A stretch of DNA of 64,000 bases, taken from contig OZ024740.1 in the NCBI GenBank assembly GCA_964016885.1, positions 288,176,001 through 288,240,000 on the forward strand, in the 5' to 3' direction. Position numbers and translations under genes: made by a program. This document shows, piece by piece, positions 25,680 through 38,061 of this stretch. The notes under the pieces were generated by a model that worked only from the letters and a program-made list of their open reading frames with translations, made no database searches and was not told where the DNA came from. This stretch comes from Eledone cirrhosa. Its lineage: Eukaryota. The first letter of the stretch is position 1, and each line of letters begins with the position of its first letter.

Positions 25680-28600
25680 TTGAGAGTTGGCTGTTTGAAC
25701 GCGCGTGGCCTGGGCTCAGCTTGGAAGCAAGCAAAGCTACTAAGTGACCTCAGGTCACGAAGTATAGATGTGATGGTTGTTTGCGAGAGTCGGATCAGCA
25801 GCGTGCGACAGCTGGCTCCCGCCTTCGATGACTTTGAGATGCACGCATCTCTCTGTCAACCCGGAGGCGGGGGAGGGGGAGTTGCCGTACTGCTGGATAA
25901 ACGTCTGGCTCTCGACGTACAGATTGTTCACTCGGACCCGGGGGGTCGATTACTGGTGCTGGACGTCGGAGGCGGTGAAGGTGGGGCTTTCAGACTGGTC
26001 GGTCTTTATGCCCCCTTCGGGGCTGAAAGAGCCGACTTCTTCCAGCGACTGGAGACTTTTCTAGGAACGTCGCGTTCCCTGCTTTTAGTGGGGGACTGGA
26101 ATGGAATCCTAGATGCGCGTTGGGACTATGCAGGGGCATGTCCCGATAGAGGGGGGTGTAGCAGCCTCAAGGGGTTACTCGATCGATTCGACCTGGTCGA
26201 TAGATTTCGACTAGATTGTCCAACTGCGCCAACCTGGACCTGGGCAAACCGCAGTGGACAATCTAGATCGTACCTAGATAGGTTTTTGGTTAGGAGTAAG
26301 GATAGGGACGTATTTAGTTGTCCAGAATTGATCATGGTTGGCTATTCAGATCACAAATTAGTGACCTGCGTGGTCAACCTTGATAGAACGCATAGACAGG
26401 GTCCCGGTTACTGGAAGATGAACTTGTCCTTGCCGGCAAAGAAAGATTACAGGAACCGGATTAGTAGCTTAGTTAAGATGCGGTTGACGGGAGCGATCGT
26501 CAACAGTAGGTGGTGGGTATCTCTAAAGAGAGAGATTAGAGTAAGTTCGATAGGTTACAGTAAGGAACTAGCGGCGAATAGAAATAGGAAGGAAAGGGAG
26601 TTAACAGATAAACTAGAAGAGGCGATTAGGAGCGGAGACGTAGCCAGAGTGTTAGCGGCGAGAACGGCGTTGAGCCAGTTCTTTGATGCGAAGCACGAAG
26701 GCTGCGTTGTCCGAAGTAAAATACGTGCTTTAGGAAACGAGGGGACCAAAGCTGTTAGCTGGGCCCGCGTGACAGAAGCCAAGAGTGGGATTAAATCCAC
26801 CATTCGGTCTTTGCGAGACCAGGATGGACGGGTGATCCTTGAACCTGAGCGGATGTGCGAGGCCTTTCAAAGGCACTTTGCTCGACTGTTCGGAGGGGCG
26901 GGGGGCCGGATGGGGATGTGGACTTCGGTCCATACCTCGACGGTCTACCGCGTCTTTCGAGCGGCGAAGCGGAGTGCTGCGAAAGGCCAATCACAGCCAC
27001 TGAAATCGGGGAAGCGCTCAGCCAATGCAGCAGACGCAAATCTCCGGGTCTCGATGGTCTACCATACGAACTTTATTTAGCTATGCCGGTCTTGTTCTCC
27101 GAACTCCTCGAGGCTGTCTATTGCAACTGGCAACAGAACGGGAGAATTCCCTGTTCTGTGACCAAGGGCGTGGTCACGCTAGTGAGGAAGGACGAGAGCA
27201 AGGGGGACGACTTAAGTAACTTTAGGCCCATAACTCTGCTGAATGCAGAGTTACAGATTTTGGCCAAGGTGTTGGCGAAGAGGTTGGCGCTTGTGGTGGG
27301 TGGTTTGGTGGGAGACGCGCAGACATGCGCTATCCCGTCCAGGTCCATTCACGACAACCTCCACCTCATGCGATACATCATAGAGAGGGTTGGCAACGAA
27401 CCCGGCTTTGGTGGGGCCCTGATCAACTTGGATCAATCTAAGGCGTTCGATAGGGTCGACCATGGTTACCTGGATGCGGTGCTAGCGGCGGCGGGCTTCG
27501 GACCCGTTTTCAGGGGCTGGATTTCTGCCATGCACAGTGGCAACATCTACTCTAGGATTAAAGTAAACGGCTACCTCTCGGAGCCGTTTCAAATCACCCG
27601 GTCCATCAGACAGGGGTGCCCCCTCTCCTCCCTTCTGTACGTATTGACTCTCGAGCCACTGCTGCGGAAGTTGGAGTTGCTGCGGGGCATACCCCTGGAA
27701 CCGGGATTGCACAAAGCGGTCTCGGCCTATGCCGACGACGTAACAGTAATGGTGGCGGACGCCTCGGAAATCGGGGCGATCGCCACCCTACTGGAGGAAT
27801 ACGAAAGGCTGACGGGGGCTAGGCTGAACCTGGACAAGTCAGTCGGTTTGCAACTCGGAACGTGGAGGGGCAAACCGATGCCGTTAGATGGTGTCGTCGG
27901 GCGGTGGACGGAGGGCCCGGTGAAGCTGCTCGGGGTCTGGTTCGGACCGGACCTCCAGGTGGAGAAGAATTGGGGCGAGGTGACGAGCAGGGTGTTTGCG
28001 CTGACCCAGAAGTGGGCCAAGTGCAAACTATCACTGAAAGGTCGGGCGGAGGTGACGAACGCTTACATAGCGTCCGTCATCTGCTACCGCCTGACCGTCG
28101 TGCCTTGCCCCAAGGAAAAGATCACCATCATGGAACGCATGCTCTTCCAGTTCCTCTGGAAGAAGCGGCCTCCCATGGTGAGGAGATCCATCTGCTGCCA
28201 GCACCCTTCGAAAGGAGGGCTGGGTATGCCGTGGCTGTTGATGCGTAGGCACGCATTGAGGCTACGGCATCTACAGGTATTCCTCACCGGTCAGCCGGTG
28301 TGGGCCCCGTTTGTGAGGCGAGCCTTCCCACAGCTCGTCTCGCTCACCGAGCTGCAATCCTGGGTGAAGCAAAGACCGAGAAAACTGGGCAACTGGCACA
28401 CCGAGTGTGCCCAGGCGCTCACGGCTATCTGGCAAGCGGACCCGACTGTCAGCGGAGAATCCACCTCGACATTCTATAGAGGGCTGGTGGCTAGCAGGGG
28501 CGACGACACCCTTGGAGAGTCGCTAGGCATGGAGGAGGACGAACTTGCCAGCCTGTTCGGTAGAACTTTCGGCCCGGGACCCATGGACAACTTCCAGAGG

Positions 28601-29117
28601 TCCCTAGCCTGGCAGTGTTACCGGGGGGGGGGGGGCTCTGCCCGTTCGAGAAAAGCTCTACAGACACGGGCGCCCGGGCAGGGATCCAGCGAAAAAGATC
28701 TGTCCCAGATGCGTGCGCGACGAGGAAACCGTTGCGCATGCACTGGTACACTGCCCGGGCGTTGCCGATCTGTGGGGCTACGTCGAACGACTGCTGTCGC
28801 GTGTGGCGCCGATTCGATTAACCGCCAAGTCTGTGGTGAACATCAAGCCGCCGCCTCCCTTCAGAAACGAAGCAGAGGCGGTCTTTCTGTGCGTAATAGC
28901 CATGATGAAAGAGGTTGTGTGGTGGACGCGCCTGAAAGGTCTGAGGTCGGGTGACTTTCTCTCCGGCCATCACCTGGTTTACTTCTTCCGATACCACTTC
29001 GGAAGAAGGATCAGGATGGAGAGAGAAGTGCTTGGCCCCAGACAGTTTTATGAAAGGTGGGTGAAAGAAGCGAGAATGGCTCGTGTAAATGGGCCTTCTC
29101 TCTACATTGTTCTGTAG
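25680..29117 (+). CDS. LINE ORF2: AP endonuclease, reverse transcriptase, C-terminal zinc finger (2 frameshifts)
   Basis: CLNARGL, GDWN, YLDRF, SDH (APE); KSPGLDG, RPITLLN, LDQSKAFDRV, RQGCPLS, AYADD (RT); CPRC..ETVAHALVHC; shifts at G-runs near 26900 and 28625. Confidence 0.93.
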
Positions 29118-29347
29118 GTGAAGAAGTGAAGAGGAAAGGGGGAGCGCCTCCTCTCTGGGCTTCCCCCGCGAAAAGGGTTGCACACTTTTCGGGGGTATGT
29201 GCAATCCCGAACACGCCCCCTCCCTTTTGAGGACTTTTTATTATTATATTATTATTGTTATTCCTTTTTCTTTACTCGATTTATGTAAACTCCCCCACTG
29301 TGTATTTGTCCCCTTCTTTTGTGCCCTCGTGGCAAATAAATAGAAAT

Positions 29348-29407
<60 letters not shown>

Positions 29408-29409
29408 AT

Positions 29410-29974
29410 GTCTGTCACCGAGTCTATTGTAATGATCAAGCCGCCTCCCCCCTTCAAAGATGAAGCAGAGGCGGTGTTTCTGTGCGTAATAGCCATGGCG
29501 AAAGAGGTTGTATGGTGGACGCGTCTGAAAGGACTGAGGTCAGGCACCTTTCTCTCTGGCCAACAACTGGTTCGTTTCTTCCGATATCATTTCGGAAGAA
29601 GGATCAGGATGGAGAGAGAGGTGCTGCACCCCAGTCGTTTTTATGAAAGGTGGGTGAAAGTGGCGAGAATGGCCCGTGTGAATGGGCCTTCTCTTTACAT
29701 AAGCCTGTAGGTGGAAAAGAGGAAGGAACGAGGGAGCACCCCCTCTCTGTGCTCCTGAGGAAAAGGGTTGCACACTTTTTTCGGGGGTGTGTGCGACCCC
29801 CCAAGGCGCCTCCTCTCTATTGAGGATTTTGTTAAAAATTTTATTTTTTGTTATATCTTATTTTATTTTTATATTTTGTTATTGCCTCCTCCTTATTGAG
29901 GACGCCTTTTTGTGTAAACTCCCCCCTTTGTACTTGTCCCACTTTTGATGCCCTAGTGGCAAATAAAAGAAACT
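29410..29974 (+). mobile_element. Second, 5'-truncated copy of the Tx1-like LINE in tandem
   Basis: IKPPPPFKDEAEAVFLC..RVNGPSLYISL duplicates the C-terminus; bounded by (TATC)n. Confidence 0.92.
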
Positions 29975-30423
29975 TATCTATCTATCTATCTATCTATGTA
30001 TTTATGGATAAGATGTTACCTACTAAGATCATTAATCCACTTGGTGTTCCATACTGCAAAGAAAAAAGGGGTGGGGAGACAGACTAACGAAAGAAATGAA
30101 AACATAACGGAAGAAGAAGAAGAAGAAGATGGTTTCAGACATTCTTCCTCTGATGTTCTCTCCCTCTCACACACACTTACTCATACAAACATATGCACAC
30201 GTATGCGCACGCACGCGCGGAGACAGAAGTAGACTATTGTCTGCGATTTCAGCTGGGTAGTCATAAATCAATATTCCTAGACGGTCTCGATCAACAACTA
30301 TCATTATCATCATTGTCATTATTAGTCTTACTTTCATTGCGCACTGTCACTGCATTACCGAGTATAGCTGTGTGCACCTTGTGTATATGCAGTATTGTTT
30401 GGGGGTTGCTAATTCTATTGTAT

Positions 30424-30585
30424 AGGCGGCGGATTAGCAGAGTCGTTAAGACGTCGGATAGAATGCTTTAAGGTATTCGTCCCACCTCATTGCGCGCCCT
30501 GAGTTCAAATCCCGCCGGGGTCAACTCTGCCTTTCATCCTTTCGAGGTCGATAAGAAAAAGTACCAGTCCAGTACTGGGGTCAAT
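30424..30585 (+). mobile_element. SINE family A
   Basis: GGCGGCGGATTAGCAGAGTCGTTA..GAGTTCAAATCC..GCCTTTCATCC. Confidence 0.85.
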
Positions 30586-31057
30586 TCTTCCTCTATAGAA
30601 AAAATCGACTGTGTTCAGTTCAAACCTGGAGAGGGTTTTAAAGTGCCCAAGATACGTAGTTTGACAGTGCCTCTACGACTCCACAAGGAGTTATGGGGGC
30701 TCTTATTTCTGTTGTACAGAGAGTATTCTCTGTAATATGTGTGCAGTACCTAGTATTTATATTTTCTGTATGATGTATATGTTTGTAAGTCCTCGAGTTT
30801 TGGTTATGTATCTGTGTGTTTTTGATCATTCGCAGAGCACTTCAAGAAGTGTTCAACAAATTCTAATTCTTGACTGAATGTTTGTTAAAGTAAGCAGCCC
30901 CGGCTTAGGTTTTTATACTATGAATGTAGCCCAATAAGTTAGACATATAAGGCCCTGGGGACGGAAAATATGGATAGTATCGCTTGTGGGAATCAAACTC
31001 ATGCCTACTGTGTCTGGGGGCTAATATGCCCCTATGTTAAAGCTGCTTACTTTAAGT

Positions 31058-31277
31058 CAAGCATGTCAAACATCTGGCCCGCAGGCCGCATGCAGCCCTT
31101 TACAAGCACATCTGCGGCCCGCACGAAGGTTTTTACAGCGCTACCATGTTTTATCTTCGTAATATAAAATTTAAAAAAAATAGTTGTAATGTGCGCAATT
31201 AGTTGTCGTGCGTGGCCCTCTGACAACACATATGTGATCCATGTGGACCTCGGGGGACACTCAGTTTGATATGTCTG
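31058..31277. mobile_element. hAT-Charlie-like MITE
   Basis: TIRs CAAGCATGTCAAAC/GTTTGATATGTCTG; 8 bp TSD CTTTAAGT/CTTTAAGC; GGCCCGC motifs. Confidence 0.8.
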
Positions 31278-31433
31278 CTTTAAGCTATCATACAAGTGCA
31301 GCAATTGTTTCCTGTCCCATATCGCTATGTAGATAATTCTTCTTGTTTTGTTTTGTGCTGTTTTCTGGTCCAAAGTCAATTGTGTTTCCATCGCGAATAG
31401 CTATCCGTGGATAACTCCATGGATTCTATTGAT

Positions 31434-32837
31434 CAGTGGCGGATTTAACAGGTGGCGAAGGTGGCAAATGCCGACTGGGCCCCTGCCACCTGGGCCCCTT
31501 CCGACTGGGCGCTTGCAAAAAAAAAAAAAAAATGTAATTTGGGCGATATCCAAAAATACCTCCTCCATGCCTCGGGCTAAATAACTTCACTGTTCGCTGC
31601 TGAAATGAGGCTAAATAACTTCGCTGCTGGCTGCTGAAATGAGGCTATTCCAACAAATTTACATTCCCTTTTTTTTAGCCGTTAAAAGAAATATAGATTT
31701 ATTTATTTATTTGAAACGTTTTTGTTAGTTTCATTGTTTTGTTTTTTTGGCGATATTTTTGTTAGTTTCTTGTGTTTTTTTTTAGTTTCTTTTTGATTTA
31801 TTCCTTGTGACTGAGTGCTTTGAACGTTCAACAGATAAATTGGAAGAACTCTGATGCGATCACAAATTTGAACAATTTGTGGATCAGGCAAAAAAAGCCT
31901 GGAATGACGTGGGATTTGATGCATCTGAAGCTGATTTTAAAATAACGCGAGTAAGGAGAAGAAAGATTATGGATGGTGAAGTTTGTGGTGTTGAAAGACT
32001 AGCTACTGCTTCAGATAGATATCGCACTGCAATTTATTTTCAATCACTGGATAGTATGATTGGAGAGATGAGAGCCCGAACTGAAGGAATAAAAAAAATA
32101 TCTTCAATCTTTGGATTTTTTAGTCCAAATCGACTGGCTAAATGCTCAGATGATGAACTAAAAACACATGTAGCAACATTGGTAGATAACTTTCCAAATG
32201 AATTCACACTGGAACTCAGAAATGAACTCTTTTCTTTCATTGGCCTCTACTTTTCACAGCCAAACGCAGCTTTAAAACAAAGTGGGGTTATGCCATATCT
32301 GAAATTTTTACTGAACAATGACTTGTGTGATGTCTTTCCCGAGTTTGAAATTCTGGTAAGGCTATTTCTCACTTTACCAATTGGCATAGCAAGTGCGGAA
32401 CGCTCTTTCAGTGTTCTACGAAGAATTAAAAATTATCTTCGTTCAACGATGGGCCAGGAGAGGCTATCCAGTTTTGCCCTGCTGCCAATTGAAAACAAAA
32501 TTACTAAATCAGTAAACTTGGACCACGCTATAACTCATTTTTCAACTGTTAAAGCTCGCAGAATTCTGCGCATGTAAAAGCAATTTGTGTAAAAGACTAA
32601 CATATATACAACTTTATTACTTTATTATTTGTTTACAGTACAGCACATCTGTTTGTTTGTTTCAAATAAAGTGTACTTGTAATTTAATTGTCTTCTTAAT
32701 GATTATTGGTAGCTAAATGGGAAATTAAAAAAAAAACTTTTTCAATACTCGCTCGAAAAGAAGGTACTTTAATTTTCACTCTGGGGCCTCCTTACTGACC
32801 AATGCCGACTGGGCCCTATTCTTTAAATCCGCCACTG
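31434..32837 (+). mobile_element. Internally deleted hAT transposon
   Basis: TIR CAGTGGCGGATTTAA, perfect 8 bp TSD CTATTGAT. Confidence 0.93.
31879..32577 (+). pseudogene. hAT transposase C-terminal dimerisation domain
   Basis: LTLPIGIASAERSFSVLRRIKNYLRSTMGQERL; N-terminal part missing. Confidence 0.9.
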
Positions 32838-33429
32838 CTATTGATACACTGGTGATGAATTGTCTTGTCCTATAAAGCATCCGAAACTGTAATGATCCCC
32901 AAAAAGACAGCCGATGAGGGGTTATTGTCCATATACTTGTCTCTTCCGCATTTTCTGTTTCCTATATTTCTCCCACGTGGTTTTTTAGATGACATTATCA
33001 TTGTAATCAAATTAAACTGTTATATGTGAACCGTACTATCTTTAGTTAATATATTCTTCATCTTGGCGGTTTTGTATCCCTTATGATTTCAACACACATA
33101 TGTGTGTGTTCTTCTCTACTATGTTATAAAGAACTCAGCATTTTTTTCTTGAGCTCATTTGATTATAAGCCCATTGACGAGCCCTGGAATGTTATGATTC
33201 TGACACTGTTTATGGCGAAACATTCTCTTCTTTGAGTCTGTCCAGGCGTTTTATAGTTGTAAAGGTGAGTTTGTACATTCTACTTGACCTATCCAATTAT
33301 TATGTATTTTCCACACTTTTCGTAGTCTTTATGTATTTCACTCTAGTGGTTCCCTACCCCCCCGTAATTCAAAACATACTCTTTTGTGTATTTGTGTATT
33401 CTTCTTTATATATATATATATATATATAT

Positions 33430-33739
33430 ATTAATAAAAATAATGAATAAAAACAAAGAAACAGTTCCTTATATTAAAAAATTCATCATTTTACGATCGT
33501 TTCTAGGATATATATGTGTGTGTTGGTATGTATATCATATAGATCTATGTAAAATTTTTACAAACTATCAGAGGGAATATACATACCTACACATATATAT
33601 GCTGTCTTCAGAAATTTTACATAGATCTATATGATATACATACCAACACACACATATATATCCTAGAAACGATCGTAAAATGATGAATTTTTTAATATAA
33701 GGAACTGTTTCTTTGTTTTTATTCATTATTTTTATTAAT
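33430..33739. mobile_element. Palindromic pLTR-like element
   Basis: Arms about 33430-33558/33612-33739; next to (TA)n. Confidence 0.85.
33488..33615 (-). ncRNA. Type I hammerhead, extended stem II
   Basis: rc: ATTT-CTGAAGA-cagc ATATATATGTGT...ACACATATATAT ccta-GAAA-CGATCG-TA-AAAT. Confidence 0.65.
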
Positions 33740-33871
33740 TTATCTTGACTCTGTTTTCCTGTGTTTTTCATCGAAAATATTTTGAATACATCTTCTCTTT
33801 TCATGATATTTGGATTACATTGAGTTCTTCATACGGATTGGACACTACCGTATATTTTGGTAGATTTATCT

Positions 33872-33918
<47 letters not shown>

Positions 33919-34320
33919 AAAGCTAATTTAAAATTAATAGCTTCATCGCACGTTGTTTTTTTGTATTTGAAAAATATTCTAAGTTGGGCATATAAGCCCC
34001 TGGACAGAAAAATGTGAACAGTGTCACCCGTGGGATTTGAACTCACGCCTGTCGTATACAGTAGGGTTGTGTTAGTATTCCATTAAAGTAGAACTGACCA
34101 TTTTCCCGTTCAATTATACTATATCAATCAGCCAGGATAAACAAATCTTATAAGTAGAATGTTTAGAAAAAAAAGCTGCGTTGAATCTATTAACCTTAGG
34201 TTAGCTTTAAATTCAAAATTCCTAAGTCTCTCAACGATTCTAGTCATTCCTTATCGGTCGAAATTTAAGGCTGATAAAATAAAAGTGACATTGGTCTTTG
34301 ATAATTAATACTATAATCTT

Positions 34321-34470
34321 GGCGGCGAATTGGCAGAGTCGTTAGAACGACGGATAGAATGCGGTATTCGATTCGGCTTTCTGCTCTCTGAGTTCAAATT
34401 CCGCCGAGGTGAACTTTGTGTTTCATCCATTCAAGGTCGATAAAAAAGTACCAGTCTAGTACTGGAGGCA
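34321..34470 (+). mobile_element. SINE family A
   Basis: tRNA-like head and core. Confidence 0.8.
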
Positions 34471-36286
34471 AATCTTCCTCCTTATATCTTTCTCACTGCC
34501 ATTCTCTCACTCTCTATCTTTCTCTTGAAGGAATCTGCTGTGATCAGACCTGGGGAGGATATGGGCGCCGCCAGGTTATAAAACATGGCCTAGAAACGCT
34601 GTATATGAATACAGTGCCCCCTACCACTTCCCTAGGAGTTACGTGACCTTAGCTACAGAACATAACCTTGAAAATCGAAGTCTATATCTTACGATTTACT
34701 TTGAGCAAAAACATACTTAAAAGTGAAGTACGTCAAAACTATAATGTAATTAGGTATTGCATTTATAATATAACTTTAAAAACACAAACCACTTAGCTGA
34801 ATCGTTGATGATTAGTTTTTGGGTGGGTGGGGTGGAGGGGGTCATTCAGTTCTTAGAGTTCGCTTCTATACGCACGAAAAAGATTGAAGTGGGAACATTT
34901 TTGAGAAGCTTTTGGTAAAATCTTTGGGAAAATATTTAATGAAATTTATTGGGGAAAATTTGTTGAAAATTTCTGGAAAATATTTGGCGAAATATTTTGT
35001 AATATTTTTCATGGAAATTTACTGGATATTTTGGGGGAAATTTGGGGGGAAATTTTAAATGAATTATAAATGAAATGTTTTAGGCATGTTTTATTTGTGT
35101 ATTTCATCAATGTATATTAGCGAAGATTGTAATCAGCAGTGAAAAGTCTGTACTCTTTGAATAAAGTTCGTGGCGATTTTTGACACTCTCTTTTTTTATT
35201 TGCTGGGCCTGGAAGAAGGGTCTGTAGCCATTACTTTTGTAAACTCTCCGAAATCAATCATATTGATGTTGTTTAAATTTCTGTACGTCGACTCGTGCAG
35301 TAACGATATGCACGGAATAAGAAAGGGGTGAGTTTTTAGAGCGGAATGATTAGGTATAGTGGTTAGAGCAGGCCTGGGGTGGGCATAATATGGGTGATGA
35401 AAAGAGAAGGATGTTTAAGAGGTGGAGGAAAGACGTGTGCAAGAAGTTAGATCGAGTGTTCGTTCTCTTTGTACTTCTGCTACGCATGCACTGCTTGTGG
35501 GCAGTGCATGCTTGCATCGACACCGAGCTTTTTTCTCGGCTGCCTTCCGCCGGACTTGCATTGGTAGCACTCGTCATTTTTCCGCTGGGTGTGCATAGGT
35601 AAGTGCTCGTCTTCATCGGCTCCGACCGCTGGGTGTGCAGTGGTAGTTTCTGTCTGCAGTTGTTTGTTTTCGGCTGCCTTCTGCTGGGCAGAAGAGCAGA
35701 CTGAATACAGTCTGCATTCATTTCAGCAGCCAGGAAGAGCCTCGAAAGTAAATGGTCACTAACCCTTTCCTCCTTACAGTACATATCAAAACATATTCGA
35801 TTTGCATGTGAAGAAACAAAATGTATACACCGTTAAAGTAGCATTGTATTTTTTGTAAGACGGGAAGAAGCATAATTTAAGACGAACGGTGCAGTCGCCT
35901 TTATGGCAGTGATTTCTACCCGACTGAACAATGTCAGACAGATCTCAGTTGTTCGATGGAAAAAATACAAAATTATTACTTTAAATGGAATGAAGAAAGA
36001 TGGACTGGTCCGTTTAGATCGATAAAAGCATACAGGCTGATCTTTCTAGACCAAGTCGGGAATAAAGATACCGTTTTCTATGGATCGATAAATTTGAAAC
36101 TATGTTATATATGCTAGCATCAATACTTTACAGTAGTTGTCTACATAAGAAAAGCAATCAAGTGTAAGTATGTCTTTAAATGCATTTATGTACCGCAGCC
36201 GGTGTCTACATCAAACGATTTTCAACGCACACTACATGCATGTTATACAACAATCATTTTATTTTATACCCACAAGCACACGTGGT

Positions 36287-36323
<37 letters not shown>

Positions 36324-36327
36324 TTGT

Positions 36328-36374
<47 letters not shown>

Positions 36375-36443
36375 TTTGTATAAATTAAAGAAATGGTGAG
36401 CGAAGACAACGTGAAAACGGATGGATCACAAGGTAGTCTCCTC

Positions 36444-36509
36444 TCATCAGTCGACGTCTGGAGGTCCTTGTGATTTCGGTTCATTAAGGTCGATATCACT
36501 AGCTCTAGA
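36444..36509 (-). ncRNA. Candidate non-circularly permuted hammerhead-like RNA (second family)
   Basis: rc: TCTAGAG cta GTGA-TA-TCGAC..GAAA-TCAC aaggac CTCCAGA c GTCGA-CTGATGA. Confidence 0.55.
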
Positions 36510-36790
36510 GCACATAGGACAGTAACAGATAGATACAAGGCATTACAATTGGTTTTTCGACTATTTATAAATAAAATCAAATTTACTACAAACCAGTGCT
36601 GCAACTGAAAATAAAAGATGGAAACGAAGCCCAACATAGCCTCGAAAAGAAAGTATGTACAGAAGACGAAGTGAGAAAGAGAAAGTGGAAGAGACAGTTT
36701 GGACGTTAGTCCTAAATGACAGACACAACGAGCAGATTTTTTCCAATTCCACCCCACCCGTCTCTTCACTCTATCTAATTTCTCATTCTT

Positions 36791-36826
36791 TCTTCTGATG
36801 AAGGACTAGAGTCCGAAACGTTAAGA
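36791..36826 (+). ncRNA. Minimal type I hammerhead (36 nt)
   Basis: TCTT-CTGATGA-a GGAC taga GTCC-GAAA-CG-TT-AAGA; ACGT palindrome as stem III. Confidence 0.75.
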
Positions 36827-37385
36827 CCTTCTTCCTGCTATTTCAAGCGTTAACCTAATATATCCCTTCCATATACTGTACCCATTGTGTTGTTATTTCT
36901 GTTTACCTTTTACACACACACACACACACACACTTATATATATATATATTCGCTAGGAGGAGGAGGGAGAAGTGAGAATGAGATATAGAGGAAAAATTGA
37001 TCCCAATATTGAACTGGTATTTTATTGACGTCGAAATGAAAGGCAAAGTTGTCCTCTGCGGGATTTGAACTCTGGGTGTAGAGATCCGGGGGCGAAAACC
37101 GCAAAACATTCTATCCGACGTTCTAGCAACTCTGGGTAGATTTTTTACCATAAATACTTTGCATAATTCAAAATTAAAAAAGCTAGGAGAAATAATTCAA
37201 AGAAGCCAATAGAGTGGAAGTGGAGAGCGGAGATAAAAAAAAACGATATACTGAATGCAGTACGTAATAAATGATCGTCTCTTCTAAAAATGTTACTTGC
37301 GATAAGGTGGGTTTTTTTCTCCGCTTAATACAGCACTGAAATAAGATATGCCAGTATTATGGTTTCCCTGACACATGGAGATTTT

Positions 37386-37438
<53 letters not shown>

Positions 37439-37472
37439 AAATTTCGCTCTGACAGTTTGGCAGGTGAACAGT

Positions 37473-37522
37473 GAGCTGTACTGATGAAGCGTGATACCCA
37501 GAAACATTAGTGTCTGCAGTTC
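37473..37522 (+). ncRNA. Type I hammerhead, copy 1 of 438 bp tandem
   Basis: GAGCTGTA-CTGATGA-a GCGT gat ACCC a-GAAA-CATTAGTG-TC-TGCAGTTC. Confidence 0.75.
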
Positions 37523-37910
37523 TGTTAGCATGCCAACACAAGAGCAAGAATGAAGTGTTCATTCTACTGACATGGCTATAAAATTGAGGCTTGTTTACAT
37601 AATTCCAAACGAATCGAATATTATTATTATTATTCGAAAAACTCAGATTACATTTATTGTATTCAGCCATGTAGAGCGAAATTTTCTTTTTTATTTGAAG
37701 TTGGCAAAACCGGCCATTTATCGCTCGTATACAGGGAACTGACTGGCCAGTCTGCTGATATACAAATCTGGCTGATCAGTGGATCTGCTAATATGCAAAT
37801 CTGACTGATCAGCCAGTCTGCTAATATGTAAATCAGGCGGATCAGTCATTGTGTATTTTTGAAAATAGCATATATTTTCACTAGCTCTGACAGTTTGGCA
37901 GATGAACAGT

Positions 37911-37960
37911 GAGCTGTACTGATGAAGGGTGATACCCAGAAACATTAGTATTTGCAGTTC
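37911..37960 (+). ncRNA. Type I hammerhead, copy 2 of 438 bp tandem
   Basis: GAGCTGTA-CTGATGA-a GGGT gat ACCC a-GAAA-CATTAGTA-TT-TGCAGTTC. Confidence 0.75.
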
Positions 37961-38061
37961 TGTTCGCATGCCAACACAAGAGCAAGAATGAAGTGTTCAT
38001 TCTACTGACATGGTTATAAAATTGAGGCTTGTTTGCATAATTGCAAACGAATCGAATGGTA

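Larger units (their letters stand above)
23640..29348 (+). mobile_element. Near-full-length Tx1/L1-group non-LTR retrotransposon
   Basis: ORF1 plus APE-RT-zinc-finger ORF2, 3' UTR with AATAAA, (TATC)n at both ends. Confidence 0.95.
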
